Source of the DNA: Sumerlaeia bacterium
GTDB lineage: Bacteria > Sumerlaeota > Sumerlaeia > SLMS01 > JAHLLQ01
NCBI GenBank assembly: GCA_040219255.1
Contig: JAVJSW010000042.1
Span: forward strand, 160,001-224,000
Direction of reading: 5' to 3'
Length of the DNA: 64,000 nucleotides
Part shown: in pieces, positions 11,504-21,589 of the stretch
Numbering within the stretch: position 1 is the stretch's first letter
Layout: every line of letters begins with the position of its first letter
Notes under the pieces: model-generated
What the model was told of the DNA's origin: nothing
The model's input: the letters and a program-made list of their open reading frames with translations, nothing else
Database searches by the model: none
Translations under genes and position numbers: made by a program

Positions 11504-12919
11504 TCAGTACTCCGTTTCGTTTGGCGAGGGCGGATAGGTCAGCAAGTCGCCCGCGCGGATGGATCGTTCGGTGATGGGTATGGGAGTCGGGGTGGGAGCC
11601 GGGGTGGCGATGGCGCGCGCTTCGGGAGCTGCCATGAGAGCCACCCGGGGCGCTGGCGGAAAGGCCAGCAGCACCCTCAGCTCCCGGCCCGGCACCGGAA
11701 TTCGGAGAGTTTCGGCCGCGCGGCCTTCGCCGTAATCGACGGCCACGGTTTGCGCGCCGGGTTGCAGGCGGCCGAAGAACAGCCCCAGACCGTCGGGAAG
11801 CGTGCTCCAGGCGCGGGTGTCGGCTTCCGGGCGGACGCCTTCCGAGATAGCCTGGCTGAGGAATCCGGCAGCCAGGATGGCGGCTCCCGCCACGGCCTGA
11901 TCGTCGTTGTTGTGCGACAAGCCTTCATCCAGAAGACCCGCGCCGGCTACCATGCTGACAGCGGCGAATTCTTCCGTCGAGCCTTTGAAGACCGCTTTGC
12001 GGCCCAGGAGCGCGTCGAGTTCCCGGCCGCCCCGGGTGATCGCCTGATAGAGCACCGAATCGGTGACGAGAGGCCGGCCGACCGCTTTGCCGCCCACCTT
12101 GACGACGGGCTGGTTCCAGGCGCCATAGCCGGGTTTGTAAGTCAGGTATTCGCCGTAGCGGCCCGCCGCCATCTTGCGCGGCGCCTTGCCTAACTGCACC
12201 AGCACCAGCAGGTTGTCTTCTGGAGCCAACGGCTTCAACACCGTACCTTTGGGCGGAACGCGTTGCGCGCTGAATTCCGTGCTGTGGAAGAGGGCGAGGT
12301 TGCGATAGCGCTCCGGGAAGGTGGAGAAGGCCCTTTGCGCGCGGGCGAAGGCGTCGGCAGCGGCATCCGGGTTGCCGAGTTGCACCTCGCAGACGCCGAT
12401 CAACCAGTCGAAAATCGCCCAGTCACCGCGCTGCTGGTATTCCTCGGCGAAGGCGTCTTGCAGGATGGCGCTGCGAAAGCAGGCGCGGGCGTTATCCCAC
12501 TCGCCGTCCTGCATATAGAGCACGCCGCGATAGTAAAAAACCATGGCGCGTTCGTGCGGGTCGCCTTTGAAGACCTTGGATTTTTCAGCGAAGAAGAGGG
12601 AACGCGCCCGCCTGGCTTGGGGCGTATCAGCCCAGATGGCTTCGATCAGGACGATGGCTTCGTCGAGGGCTGTCTTGGCCAATTCCCGATCGCCCGCGCG
12701 CATCGCCGCCACGGCCAACTCGTTCAGATTCAGCACCCAATTGCGCTCGCCTTCCACTTCCAGCTTCTGGCGCCATTGATGGACGCCCGCATCCTGGGCG
12801 GGATAGCTCATCCCGCGAAAGGCGGGCGGCGGGCCTTGTTGCAGCGGCACGGCGCAGCCAGCGGCCAGCACGAGGCACAAAGCCATCCCTCCCATCAGTT
12901 TTCCAAGACGCGCGATCAT
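11504..12919 (-). CDS. TPR-like lipoprotein (COG3014-like)
   Basis: Lipobox AAGC; FKGDPHERAMVFYY, ARACFR and ADTRAWSTLP motifs; lies between lpoB-like and ycfL-like genes. Confidence 0.72.
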   Translation of the reverse strand: MIARLGKLMGGMALCLVLAAGCAVPLQQGPPPAFRGMSYPAQDAGVHQWRQKLEVEGERNWVLNLNELAVAAMRAGDRELAKTALDEAIVLIEAIWADTPQARRARSLFFAEKSKVFKGDPHERAMVFYYRGVLYMQDGEWDNARACFRSAILQDAFAEEYQQRGDWAIFDWLIGVCEVQLGNPDAAADAFARAQRAFSTFPERYRNLALFHSTEFSAQRVPPKGTVLKPLAPEDNLLVLVQLGKAPRKMAAGRYGEYLTYKPGYGAWNQPVVKVGGKAVGRPLVTDSVLYQAITRGGRELDALLGRKAVFKGSTEEFAAVSMVAGAGLLDEGLSHNNDDQAVAGAAILAAGFLSQAISEGVRPEADTRAWSTLPDGLGLFFGRLQPGAQTVAVDYGEGRAAETLRIPVPGRELRVLLAFPPAPRVALMAAPEARAIATPAPTPTPIPITERSIRAGDLLTYPPSPNETEY

Positions 12920-12940
12920 GGGCGTTCAACTCCAGCCGAA

Positions 12941-13552
12941 TCAACGATACAGGACGTCGTCGCGGCCCTCTCGCTTCGTTTCGTAGAGATCTTGCCACAG
13001 CTCGATGCCCGTTTCCGTGTCGATCAGGCTGAAGGTATAGAGCAGGTAATCGGCCTGGCCCTGGCGGCTGGCGGTAGCGAGCCCGGTGACTTCCCCGCGC
13101 AGGAAGAAGTCCGCGCCGGCGGGCCTGGGGGCACGGCGGTCGGGGTCGTAATCGATTTCCCCGGCGCGCTTGGCGTCGCGCTCGTTCAGCACGTCCTCCA
13201 TCACGTCGCGGGCAACGAAACGGATTTGGCCGTTGGACGTCGTGTTCAGCTCGGCGCGCAGGCGTCGGCTGAAGATTTCCTTGTTGAAGGGAAAGCGCGT
13301 GTCGTTGTTCAGCGGTAGCACCACCACCGTGGGTGGATGGGGCGAGTCCATAACATAGGACGACGCCAATAGATCGCGGCCCATTTGCTGGGCGATGCGG
13401 ATGGCGTCCTGGCTTTCCGGACCGAGCGAGCGCACTTCGCCCGGCTGGCCCGGATCCACGTCGCGGATTTCGAAACCGGATTTCGCGCACGAGGCGGAGA
13501 AGACGGCGAGACAGCTTAAGGTCAGAAGCATCAGGCTTCGGCGAAGATTCAT
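12941..13552 (-). CDS. lpoB: Penicillin-binding protein activator LpoB-like (CsgG/LpoB fold) lipoprotein
   Basis: Lipobox SASC; PTVVVLPLNNDT, IRFVAR, GADFFLRGEV, TFSLIDTETGIELWQD. Confidence 0.72.
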   Translation of the reverse strand: MNLRRSLMLLTLSCLAVFSASCAKSGFEIRDVDPGQPGEVRSLGPESQDAIRIAQQMGRDLLASSYVMDSPHPPTVVVLPLNNDTRFPFNKEIFSRRLRAELNTTSNGQIRFVARDVMEDVLNERDAKRAGEIDYDPDRRAPRPAGADFFLRGEVTGLATASRQGQADYLLYTFSLIDTETGIELWQDLYETKREGRDDVLYR

Positions 13553-13682
13553 CGGTTGGGTTACTCCTGATGGGTCGGTTGCGGCGCGCCCCGGGTATTC
13601 GAGGGGACCAGCAGGTTGGGCGACTCTTGGCGGTGGGACAAGCCTGAGGAACGGAGAGTTCCCCCGCGTAATGCAATTTTCC

Positions 13683-14570
13683 TTACTCGATGATCCGCAC
13701 GCCGTGATCGGCGGGCTCGCAGGGACGCACGAGCCGCGCCGGCAGGCGCCATTCTTTGGCCGCCAACCGGGCCTGGCGCGCCGTCAGGAAGAGCCCGAAG
13801 CAGGCCGATCCGCTGCCGCTGAGCGCCACCGAATGAGCGCCGACGCGCTCGAGTTCGGCGAGGGTGTCGCGGACCTCGGTGTGGGCTTCGGCGCAGGAGC
13901 GCTGAAAGGCGTTGTGGAGCTTCGGCGGCTTGTCCGTCTTGAAGCTGCTGAGCCAATCAAGCAGCGCCGCCGGGTTCGTGCGCTCGCCGAAATCCTGGGC
14001 GGGATCGAGTCGGGCGTAGGCTTCGCGGGTGCCGACGCTGATGTCCGGGACCACGATCAGGATGCCGAACTCGCGTTGGCGCAGGAGGGGTTCGAGGCGC
14101 TCTCCCCTGCCGCCCGCGAGCTGGGTGCCTCCTCGCAGGAAGAAGGGGCAGTCGCTGCCGACCTGGGCCGCCAGGGAGGCGAGGGCTCCCGCGCCAGCCT
14201 TAAGGCCCCAGATTCGGCTCGCGCCGAGCAAAGCCGCGACAGCGTCGGAGCTGCCCCCGCCGAGGCCCGCGCCAGACGGCACGTTTTTCACGAGGCGCAG
14301 GCGCAGGCTGTGCGCCGAGGCGGCCACGCCCTCGCGCAGTTTCGCCACGGCTTTCAGGACGAGATTCGAGCCATCTGTCGGGATGCCTTCGGCGAAAGGA
14401 CCGCTGACTTCCAGGAGATCGCGCCCTGATTCGGGCGTTGCCTCGATGGCGAGTTCGTCCGCGAGGCTCACCGCCTGGAAGACGGACACCAGATCGTGGA
14501 ACCCGTCCTCGCGTTTGCCGAGAATATCGAGCGTCAGGTTGATTTTGGCGGGGGCCTGGAGGCGGATCAT
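13683..14570 (-). CDS. ispE: 4-diphosphocytidyl-2-C-methyl-D-erythritol kinase
   Basis: APAKINLTL, REDGFHDL, KNVPSGAGLGGGSSDA, GSDCPFF, LSGSGSACFG; start MIRLQ at 14570 overlaps the GT2 stop. Confidence 0.95.
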   Translation of the reverse strand: MIRLQAPAKINLTLDILGKREDGFHDLVSVFQAVSLADELAIEATPESGRDLLEVSGPFAEGIPTDGSNLVLKAVAKLREGVAASAHSLRLRLVKNVPSGAGLGGGSSDAVAALLGASRIWGLKAGAGALASLAAQVGSDCPFFLRGGTQLAGGRGERLEPLLRQREFGILIVVPDISVGTREAYARLDPAQDFGERTNPAALLDWLSSFKTDKPPKLHNAFQRSCAEAHTEVRDTLAELERVGAHSVALSGSGSACFGLFLTARQARLAAKEWRLPARLVRPCEPADHGVRIIE

Positions 14571-15361
14571 TCGCGGCCGGGCGCCTCGCGCTGGCGCTTC
14601 TCCCAAACCCGCGCGTACTTCAGCAAAACAGAGAACGCCGCCATGGCGCAGATGATGAAGCCCGCCTTGCCATCGCGCCAGCCGCCGTACATGACGAACT
14701 GGCGGAAGAAACGCCAGATTGGACGCCCAGCGATGTGGCCCCATTTGACCACGGGCGTTTTCTGGGCGCGGTCTTCGGCGGCCCATTCGCCGTACTTGAA
14801 GAACTTCGAGAGGTATTGGTCGAAGCTCTCGAAGGTGTAGTGCAGGAACTTGCCGCTGAGGTGTTCGACGCAGGCGTCGGCTTTGCCCGGGAAGACGATG
14901 TCGGCGTGGACGTGTTTGTCTTCGTACTTGGCGATGTCGCGGCGAAAGAGCCGCAGGACGTCGTCGCGCTGCCAACCGCAGCCGCGGATCGGCTGGCCCA
15001 TGAAATGATTCAAGCGATAAATGCGATAGCCATCGGCGGGACCGTCGGCGGCGAGAACGGCTTCGATTTCGGTGCGCAACCTGGGCGTGACGCGCTCGTC
15101 GCTGTCCACCACGAGGACCCACGGGTGCGTCATCTGGGGAATGGCCCAGTTCTTCTGGGCGGCGCTATTCACGTATTCGTGGACCAGGACGCGATCGGCG
15201 AGTCCCTCTGCGATCTCGCGGGTGCGATCGGTCGAGGCTGCGTCATTCACCACCACGACTTCATCGGCAAAGCGGGCGGACGCGATGCAGTCGGCGATGT
15301 GGCGTTCTTCGTTTCCGGCGGGGATCAGAACGGACAGTTTGGCCCGGGCGGGTTGGCTCAC
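14567..15361 (-). CDS. Glycosyltransferase family 2 (KdtX/WaaE-like)
   Basis: LSVLIPAGNEE, STDRT, QKNWAI, WVLVVDSDE (DXD), VLRLFRR, HYTFES, GGWRDGKAG. Confidence 0.9.
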   Translation of the reverse strand: MSQPARAKLSVLIPAGNEERHIADCIASARFADEVVVVNDAASTDRTREIAEGLADRVLVHEYVNSAAQKNWAIPQMTHPWVLVVDSDERVTPRLRTEIEAVLAADGPADGYRIYRLNHFMGQPIRGCGWQRDDVLRLFRRDIAKYEDKHVHADIVFPGKADACVEHLSGKFLHYTFESFDQYLSKFFKYGEWAAEDRAQKTPVVKWGHIAGRPIWRFFRQFVMYGGWRDGKAGFIICAMAAFSVLLKYARVWEKRQREAPGRE

Positions 15362-15531
15362 GGCTGAGGGCGCTCCACTTCGGCGCTGCGGTCAGGCCCC
15401 TCGACGCGCGGCCGGTCCGCATCTCGATACATCATGAAGATCAGTGTCAGGCTGACCCCGAGCGAGACCCCCATGAGGAATACGGCGAGGATGCGCAGGT
15501 CGGAATTGGCGGAGGACGAAAAAGACTTCAC
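15358..15531 (-). CDS. Small single-TM membrane protein
   Basis: Likely GTG start at 15531; hydrophobic ILAVFLMGVSLGVSLTLIFMM; fills the gap between xdhC-like and GT2 genes with an overlapping stop/start. Confidence 0.5.
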   Translation of the reverse strand: MKSFSSSANSDLRILAVFLMGVSLGVSLTLIFMMYRDADRPRVEGPDRSAEVERPQP

Positions 15532-15538
15532 GGCAGGG

Positions 15539-16402
15539 TCAGGAAGCCTCCTGCGCGGGGGCTGAAGAGCTTGTTTGGGGGGCAAGGCGATCCGGGGCGG
15601 CGGCGGGTTCGCTGCCTGCTTCGAGGCGGGCCCGGGAGCGCTCCTGGATGATCTGCGCGATCACCGACACGGCGATTTCCTCGGGTGTGATGGAGCCAAT
15701 GTCGAGACCGGCGGGGCTGACGACGCGGGCGAGGGATTCGTCGCTGTGGCCCGCTTCGCGGAGCCGCTCGCGGACGTGGGCCCATTTAGCCCGGCTGCCG
15801 ATCATGGCGATGTAGCGGGCGCCGGAGCGCAGAATCTGATCGAGGCAAACCTGATCGCCGCTGTGGCCCCGGGTGACGATGACGGCGAAGGTCTGCGAGG
15901 TGAGCTTGACGTGCTGGGCCAGTTCCTCGAACGGCGCGGAAATCGTTTCATCCGCCTGGGGAAAGCGCAGCTCGTTGGCGAACTGGGGCCGGTCGTCCAC
16001 GACGACGATGCGGAAGTCGAGGCCTTCGGCGACGTGGGCGAGGGCTTTGCTGATGTGGCCGCCGCCGCAAATCAAGAGCTGGAAGTCGGGCATCACGGGC
16101 TCCACGAACAGGGTGATCTCGCCACCGCACAGCATGTCCAACTCCTCGGCGTTCTTGGCTTTGATGTCCACCCGAAGAACCTGGGGCACGAGGGTTTTGA
16201 GGACCTTGCGGGCGGCGAAGAGGCAGTCGGCTTCCACGCAGCCGCCGCCGATGGTGCCGTACATTTCCATGTCGCTGCTGACCAGCATCTTTGTCCCCGG
16301 TTTGCGCGGCGTCGAGCCCACCGTTTCGACGATGGAAACGACGGCGACGCGCTTGCCCTGGGCGGTCCATTCGACAATTTTCTCGTAGAATCTCAGGTTC
16401 AT
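15539..16402 (-). CDS. XdhC/CoxI-family molybdoenzyme maturation factor
   Basis: GSTPRKPGTKMLV, GTIGGGCVE, MLCGG, ICGGGHI, VVDDR, VTRGHSGD, YIAMIGSR, PAGLDIGSITPEEIAVSV. Confidence 0.92.
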   Translation of the reverse strand: MNLRFYEKIVEWTAQGKRVAVVSIVETVGSTPRKPGTKMLVSSDMEMYGTIGGGCVEADCLFAARKVLKTLVPQVLRVDIKAKNAEELDMLCGGEITLFVEPVMPDFQLLICGGGHISKALAHVAEGLDFRIVVVDDRPQFANELRFPQADETISAPFEELAQHVKLTSQTFAVIVTRGHSGDQVCLDQILRSGARYIAMIGSRAKWAHVRERLREAGHSDESLARVVSPAGLDIGSITPEEIAVSVIAQIIQERSRARLEAGSEPAAAPDRLAPQTSSSAPAQEAS

Positions 16403-16475
16403 GCAATCCGTGCCCCACAGGGGCGAAGATTTCATCCCGCCCCGCACGCTAGCAACGCGGAAATGGGCCGATGTC

Positions 16476-16949
16476 CTAGAAAATCAGGAACGCCATCGCC
16501 ACGGCGATCAGTCCCAGCCCGACCACGGCGGCCACCGCGATGCCTCCGGCGGCGACGAGACCGAAGGGGAACTGCTTCGGTTCCTGGCTCAGTTCGGCGG
16601 AGAGTTCGGGGACGTAGCGCTTCGCCAGGACCCAGCGCGGTTCCTCCTCGGTCTTGGCGTAGATGGGGTTCTTGAGCTTCTTGTCCTGCACGTAGGCGGC
16701 GACTTCGTTCGTGGGCATGGGGCCGTGTTGGCGATCCTCGCCGTCCTTGATGGTCAGCATCGTGATGGGCGGAAACTTTTCGGCTGCCGCGATCCAGTCG
16801 CCTTGCTCTCCCTCCGTGCTGGCTTCACGGACCATGGCTTTCCGGTCCAGTTCCGCTTCCTCCAGAAGCCGGCGGACTTCGCCTTCGCTGTAGGGCCCCT
16901 TGAGATCGCCTCCGGTGTCGACGATGTAGCGCCGTTCTTGGGTGCTCAT
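16476..16949 (-). CDS. Membrane-anchored protein with two GYF_2/DUF4339-like repeats
   Basis: Two repeats, KGPYSEGEV...W and HGPMPTNEV...W, followed by a C-terminal TM helix. Confidence 0.6.
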   Translation of the reverse strand: MSTQERRYIVDTGGDLKGPYSEGEVRRLLEEAELDRKAMVREASTEGEQGDWIAAAEKFPPITMLTIKDGEDRQHGPMPTNEVAAYVQDKKLKNPIYAKTEEEPRWVLAKRYVPELSAELSQEPKQFPFGLVAAGGIAVAAVVGLGLIAVAMAFLIF

Positions 16950-16984
16950 GATTACGGGTTCTTTCCGTTCGGGGTTTGGGGCCC

Positions 16985-17569
16985 TTACTGGACCATCAGG
17001 AGAGTGAGCCAGATCGGCGACGTCATGACCGCCATCGCCGCCGCCCAGGTCGCCACGGCGCCCGCCTTGTACTTCAGCGGCAGGGTGTTGTCCAACCACA
17101 ACATGGCCACGCCAAACGGGAAGCACATGACCAGGGCGAGCACGATGAGCCCAACGCGCCAGTTGTGCGCGACGAGCGGCGACTCGCACCGGACGGCTTC
17201 CGCCAGTTCCGGGAATTCGACCTCGACCGGGCGCCATTCCGGGTTGGTTTCGCTCTGGATCATGACCCGGCGATCGGTCAGGCGGCCTTTGAGCGAACCG
17301 TCGGCCCGGCAATAGGCACGCACGTAATCGGCCACCTCGAACTGGTTGAGGCTCTCAATGACTTGGCCACGGCGATTGCGAAGACTGTAGTGGCGCAGGG
17401 CGGGAAAGCGGCGCGCGGCCGGTTCCCAGGGGCTGTCCTCCGCGAGGATGGCCTCGCGGACGGCGGCGGTTTCGGACAACTCGCGCCGCAGCAAGGCATC
17501 ACGAACCGCGTCCTCGCTCCAGGGGCCGAGGATCTCGCCGTTGTTATCGACCAGAAAAGTCTTTTCCAT
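16985..17569 (-). CDS. Membrane protein with GYF_2/DUF4339-like repeats (paralogue of the neighbour)
   Basis: ILGPWSEDAVRDALLRREL...PWEPAARRFP, a second degenerate repeat and two C-terminal TM helices. Confidence 0.6.
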   Translation of the reverse strand: MEKTFLVDNNGEILGPWSEDAVRDALLRRELSETAAVREAILAEDSPWEPAARRFPALRHYSLRNRRGQVIESLNQFEVADYVRAYCRADGSLKGRLTDRRVMIQSETNPEWRPVEVEFPELAEAVRCESPLVAHNWRVGLIVLALVMCFPFGVAMLWLDNTLPLKYKAGAVATWAAAMAVMTSPIWLTLLMVQ

Positions 17570-17702
17570 CCGCACCGTTTTCAGCCTCCTTCGCACACCC
17601 TACGTGCGCCGCCCCTGTGACATTCAAAGGGTGGCGCAAGTTTCCGTGGGTAGCAATCGGAAGGCCGATTCGGCGAAGAATTGGCGCGGATAAACCAGCG
17701 AT

Positions 17703-17741
17703 AAAAAAAACGATGAGCGCCACCCCTGCGGATGGCGCTCA
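17703..17741 (-). terminator. Rho-independent terminator after lpdA
   Basis: GAGCGCCA...TGGCGCTC stem next to an A8 run (U-tract on the minus strand). Confidence 0.75.
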
Positions 17742-17772
17742 GGCTTCGACCGCCTGAGTCGTTTTGACCCGC

Positions 17773-19179
<1,407 letters not shown>

Positions 19180-19402
19180 AACGTAGGTTACTCCAGGGAA
19201 GAAGGGGGGCGGCGGGCGCACTGGCCTTGTGAGCCGAAGCGGTCCGGCCCCACGAGATGATGGCTCGTTGTGCGAAAATCACGCCGGGGGGGTCAAGCCC
19301 TGGGATGAGGCGCGGGCGCAGGAAAAGCGGGGAGCCTTGACTTCCGGGCCGGGGCGGCTCACAATTGTCAGTGTTAAGTTTCCGGCGAGGAGGAACGGCC
19401 CC

Positions 19403-19645
19403 ATGATTCCTGACAAGCTGAGTGAATTGCCTGAAGAGGAAGCCGTCTCTCCAGAGGTGGAAGCACGGCGGCGGGAGTTGATCGGCGACCGGGCTGGGAG
19501 GAAGGTGAGCTTGGAAGAGTTGCTGGACCACCTGCGCGACGATCCCGATCCGCCAGACGACGCCGACGCGTTTCTGGAGGCGGCGCTTTCGTGCTGGCGG
19601 GACGAACCCATTCGAGACCACGCCTTTGAACCACGCGATCTTTGA
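19403..19645 (+). CDS. Putative antitoxin (VapB-like), acidic, about 80 aa
   Basis: Small acidic ORF with RBS-like GAGGAGG, overlapping the start of a PIN-domain gene. Confidence 0.6.
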   Translation: MIPDKLSELPEEEAVSPEVEARRRELIGDRAGRKVSLEELLDHLRDDPDPPDDADAFLEAALSCWRDEPIRDHAFEPRDL

Positions 19646-20024
19646 CACAAACGTCCTGTCGTATTTCCTCAACAAGGACACGAGGGCCGAAAATTACCGG
19701 GTGTATCTGGCAGGATTCGAATGGCGGATAATTTCCTTCGTGACCCTCCTCGAGTGCCGATTCGGGGCTGAGCGCCGGGCTTGGGGGCCTGTGCGGCGGG
19801 CGGGGATGGAGTCGCTCCTGACTGAATTCCAGGTAGTTTATTCAGACGATTCGCTATGCTTCCAGGTTGCCCGTCTTCTGGCGGACCTCGAAAGGGCGGG
19901 TACTCCGATAGGCACTCACGACACCTGGATCGCCGCGACCGCCCTGGCGCTCCAGTGTCCCGTTGTGACCCACAACGCCCGGCATTTTCGCGCCGTCGAG
20001 GGCCTCCGGTTTCTAACCGCTTAG
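19626..20024 (+). CDS. vapC: PIN-domain (VapC-family) toxin
   Basis: IFDTNVLS, VTLLE, HDTWIAATAL and VTHNARHF PIN acidic-residue motifs; 132 aa. Confidence 0.88.
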   Translation: MNHAIFDTNVLSYFLNKDTRAENYRVYLAGFEWRIISFVTLLECRFGAERRAWGPVRRAGMESLLTEFQVVYSDDSLCFQVARLLADLERAGTPIGTHDTWIAATALALQCPVVTHNARHFRAVEGLRFLTA

Positions 20025-20113
20025 CATTGCCGTTCCCATTCCGCTTGCCCGGCGGAGCGCCCCATACCCACCCTGGAGCATCCGAAACGACCTATCCAGA
20101 GGACGACGATTTC

Positions 20114-21589
20114 ATGAAGGTTTTGGTTACAGGCGGCGCCGGCTACATCGGCAGTGTAACGGTGGAGGCCCTGATCGCTCGGGGCGACGACGTGATTGTG
20201 GTGGACAATCTGTCCACCGGCCACCGGGGTGCCGTGCATCCGAAGGCGGAATTCCTGGAAGTGGACATCTTGGACACACCGGCTCTGATTCGGGCGATGG
20301 TCTTCAAGGTCGATGCGGTGATTCACTTCGCGGCGTCCTCTCAGGTCGGCGAGTCGGTCAAAGACCCGCAGAAGTACATGGAAAACAACGTGGGGGGAAC
20401 GCTGTCTCTGCTGAAGGCGATGCGGGCCGCTGGGGTGAACAAGCTGGTGTTCAGTTCGACCGCGGCCGTTTACGGCGAGCCTGGGAGCGTGCCGATCACG
20501 GAAGATCAGCCGACCGCGCCGGCGAACCCCTATGGCATGACGAAGCTCTTCATGGAGCAGGCGATGCAGACCTTCAGCGACGCCTACAAGCTGCGCAGCG
20601 TGCGCCTGCGGTATTTCAACGCGTGCGGCGCCAGCCCGAACCGGGGCGAGCATCACGATCCAGAGACCCACTTGATTCCGCTAGTGTTGCAGGTGGCACA
20701 GGGCAAGCGCGACGATGTGAAGATTTTCGGTACGGATTATCCCACTCCAGACGGCACCTGCGTGCGCGATTACATTCACGTGGACGATCTGGCGCGGGCG
20801 CACATCGCAGCGCTGGAGTACCTGCAGAACGGTGGTCCTTCCGTTTCCATCAACCTGGGCAACGGCCAGGGATACAGCGTCCGCCAAGTCATCGACGTTT
20901 GCCGCCAGGTGACTGGCAAAGACGTTCGCGCCGCGGAAGCGCCTCGGCGCGCCGGGGACCCGAGCCAACTGGTGGCGTCCGCGGAAAAAGCGCGCGATCT
21001 GCTTGGCTGGGCTCCAGAGAAGTCGAGTCTGGAGCAAATCGTCAGGGACGCCTGGCGCTGGCATCAGGCCCATCCGTCGGGTTATCCGGAGTCGGAATCG
21101 ACCGCTCCCCCGCCGGCTCCGGCCATGCCGAATACGGCGATCACGGACGAAACGGCGCAAACGCCGGTCACTCAGCCTTCCGCGGGCAAGTCCAACGAGG
21201 ATGAACGCAAGCCGATCAGCGCCACATCGACGATTGGCCTGGGCGAAACGATGATCCTCCAGCGGACCGCCGATAAGGTTGGCCTGCGCTATTCCCGGCT
21301 GGACGAGTACGATCTGGATTCGAAGGAAGCGGAAAAGGCGCGAGGCTTGATTTCGGCGGAAATGGCGGCTTCGAAGAAGTTCTTCCCGCTGTCGCTGGAG
21401 GAAAAACCCGGCGCCGCGCCGATTCTGCATATCGCCGTGGTCGACGCGCTCGATGTGACAATCACCGACGCGCTTCAGTTCATGCTGCCGGAATACACGA
21501 TCCAACCGGTCGTGGTAAAGGGTGCGAACCTCAAAGAAGTCACCCGGAAGTACTATGGCGCTGAACAGGGTGGGGCGGGGGCGGGCTGA
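20114..21589 (+). CDS. galE: UDP-glucose 4-epimerase with C-terminal T2SSE_N (GspE/PilB N-terminal)-like domain
   Basis: VTGGAGYIGS, HFAA, FSSTAAVYG, YGMTK (YxxxK), RYFNACGA, PETHLIP, DGTCVRDYIHV; then a Pro/Thr linker and about 100 aa resembling the GspE N-domain. Confidence 0.9.
   Translation: MKVLVTGGAGYIGSVTVEALIARGDDVIVVDNLSTGHRGAVHPKAEFLEVDILDTPALIRAMVFKVDAVIHFAASSQVGESVKDPQKYMENNVGGTLSLLKAMRAAGVNKLVFSSTAAVYGEPGSVPITEDQPTAPANPYGMTKLFMEQAMQTFSDAYKLRSVRLRYFNACGASPNRGEHHDPETHLIPLVLQVAQGKRDDVKIFGTDYPTPDGTCVRDYIHVDDLARAHIAALEYLQNGGPSVSINLGNGQGYSVRQVIDVCRQVTGKDVRAAEAPRRAGDPSQLVASAEKARDLLGWAPEKSSLEQIVRDAWRWHQAHPSGYPESESTAPPPAPAMPNTAITDETAQTPVTQPSAGKSNEDERKPISATSTIGLGETMILQRTADKVGLRYSRLDEYDLDSKEAEKARGLISAEMAASKKFFPLSLEEKPGAAPILHIAVVDALDVTITDALQFMLPEYTIQPVVVKGANLKEVTRKYYGAEQGGAGAG

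Noticed and set aside
13553-13682. Possible tRNA-Gln downstream of ispE (a common arrangement)
   Set aside because: No T-loop GTTCGA motif or cloverleaf on either strand.
14571-15122. Long N-terminal extension of the ispE ORF
   Set aside because: It is an alternative frame of the GT2 gene; IspE starts at MIRLQAPAK (14570).
15539-16402. Xanthine dehydrogenase / Mo-enzyme cluster
   Set aside because: Only the XdhC-like factor is present; no molybdoenzyme subunits nearby.
19856-20113. N-terminal extension of the GalE ORF
   Set aside because: It overlaps vapC in another frame; GalE homology begins at MKVLVTGG (20114), downstream of an RBS-like GAGG.
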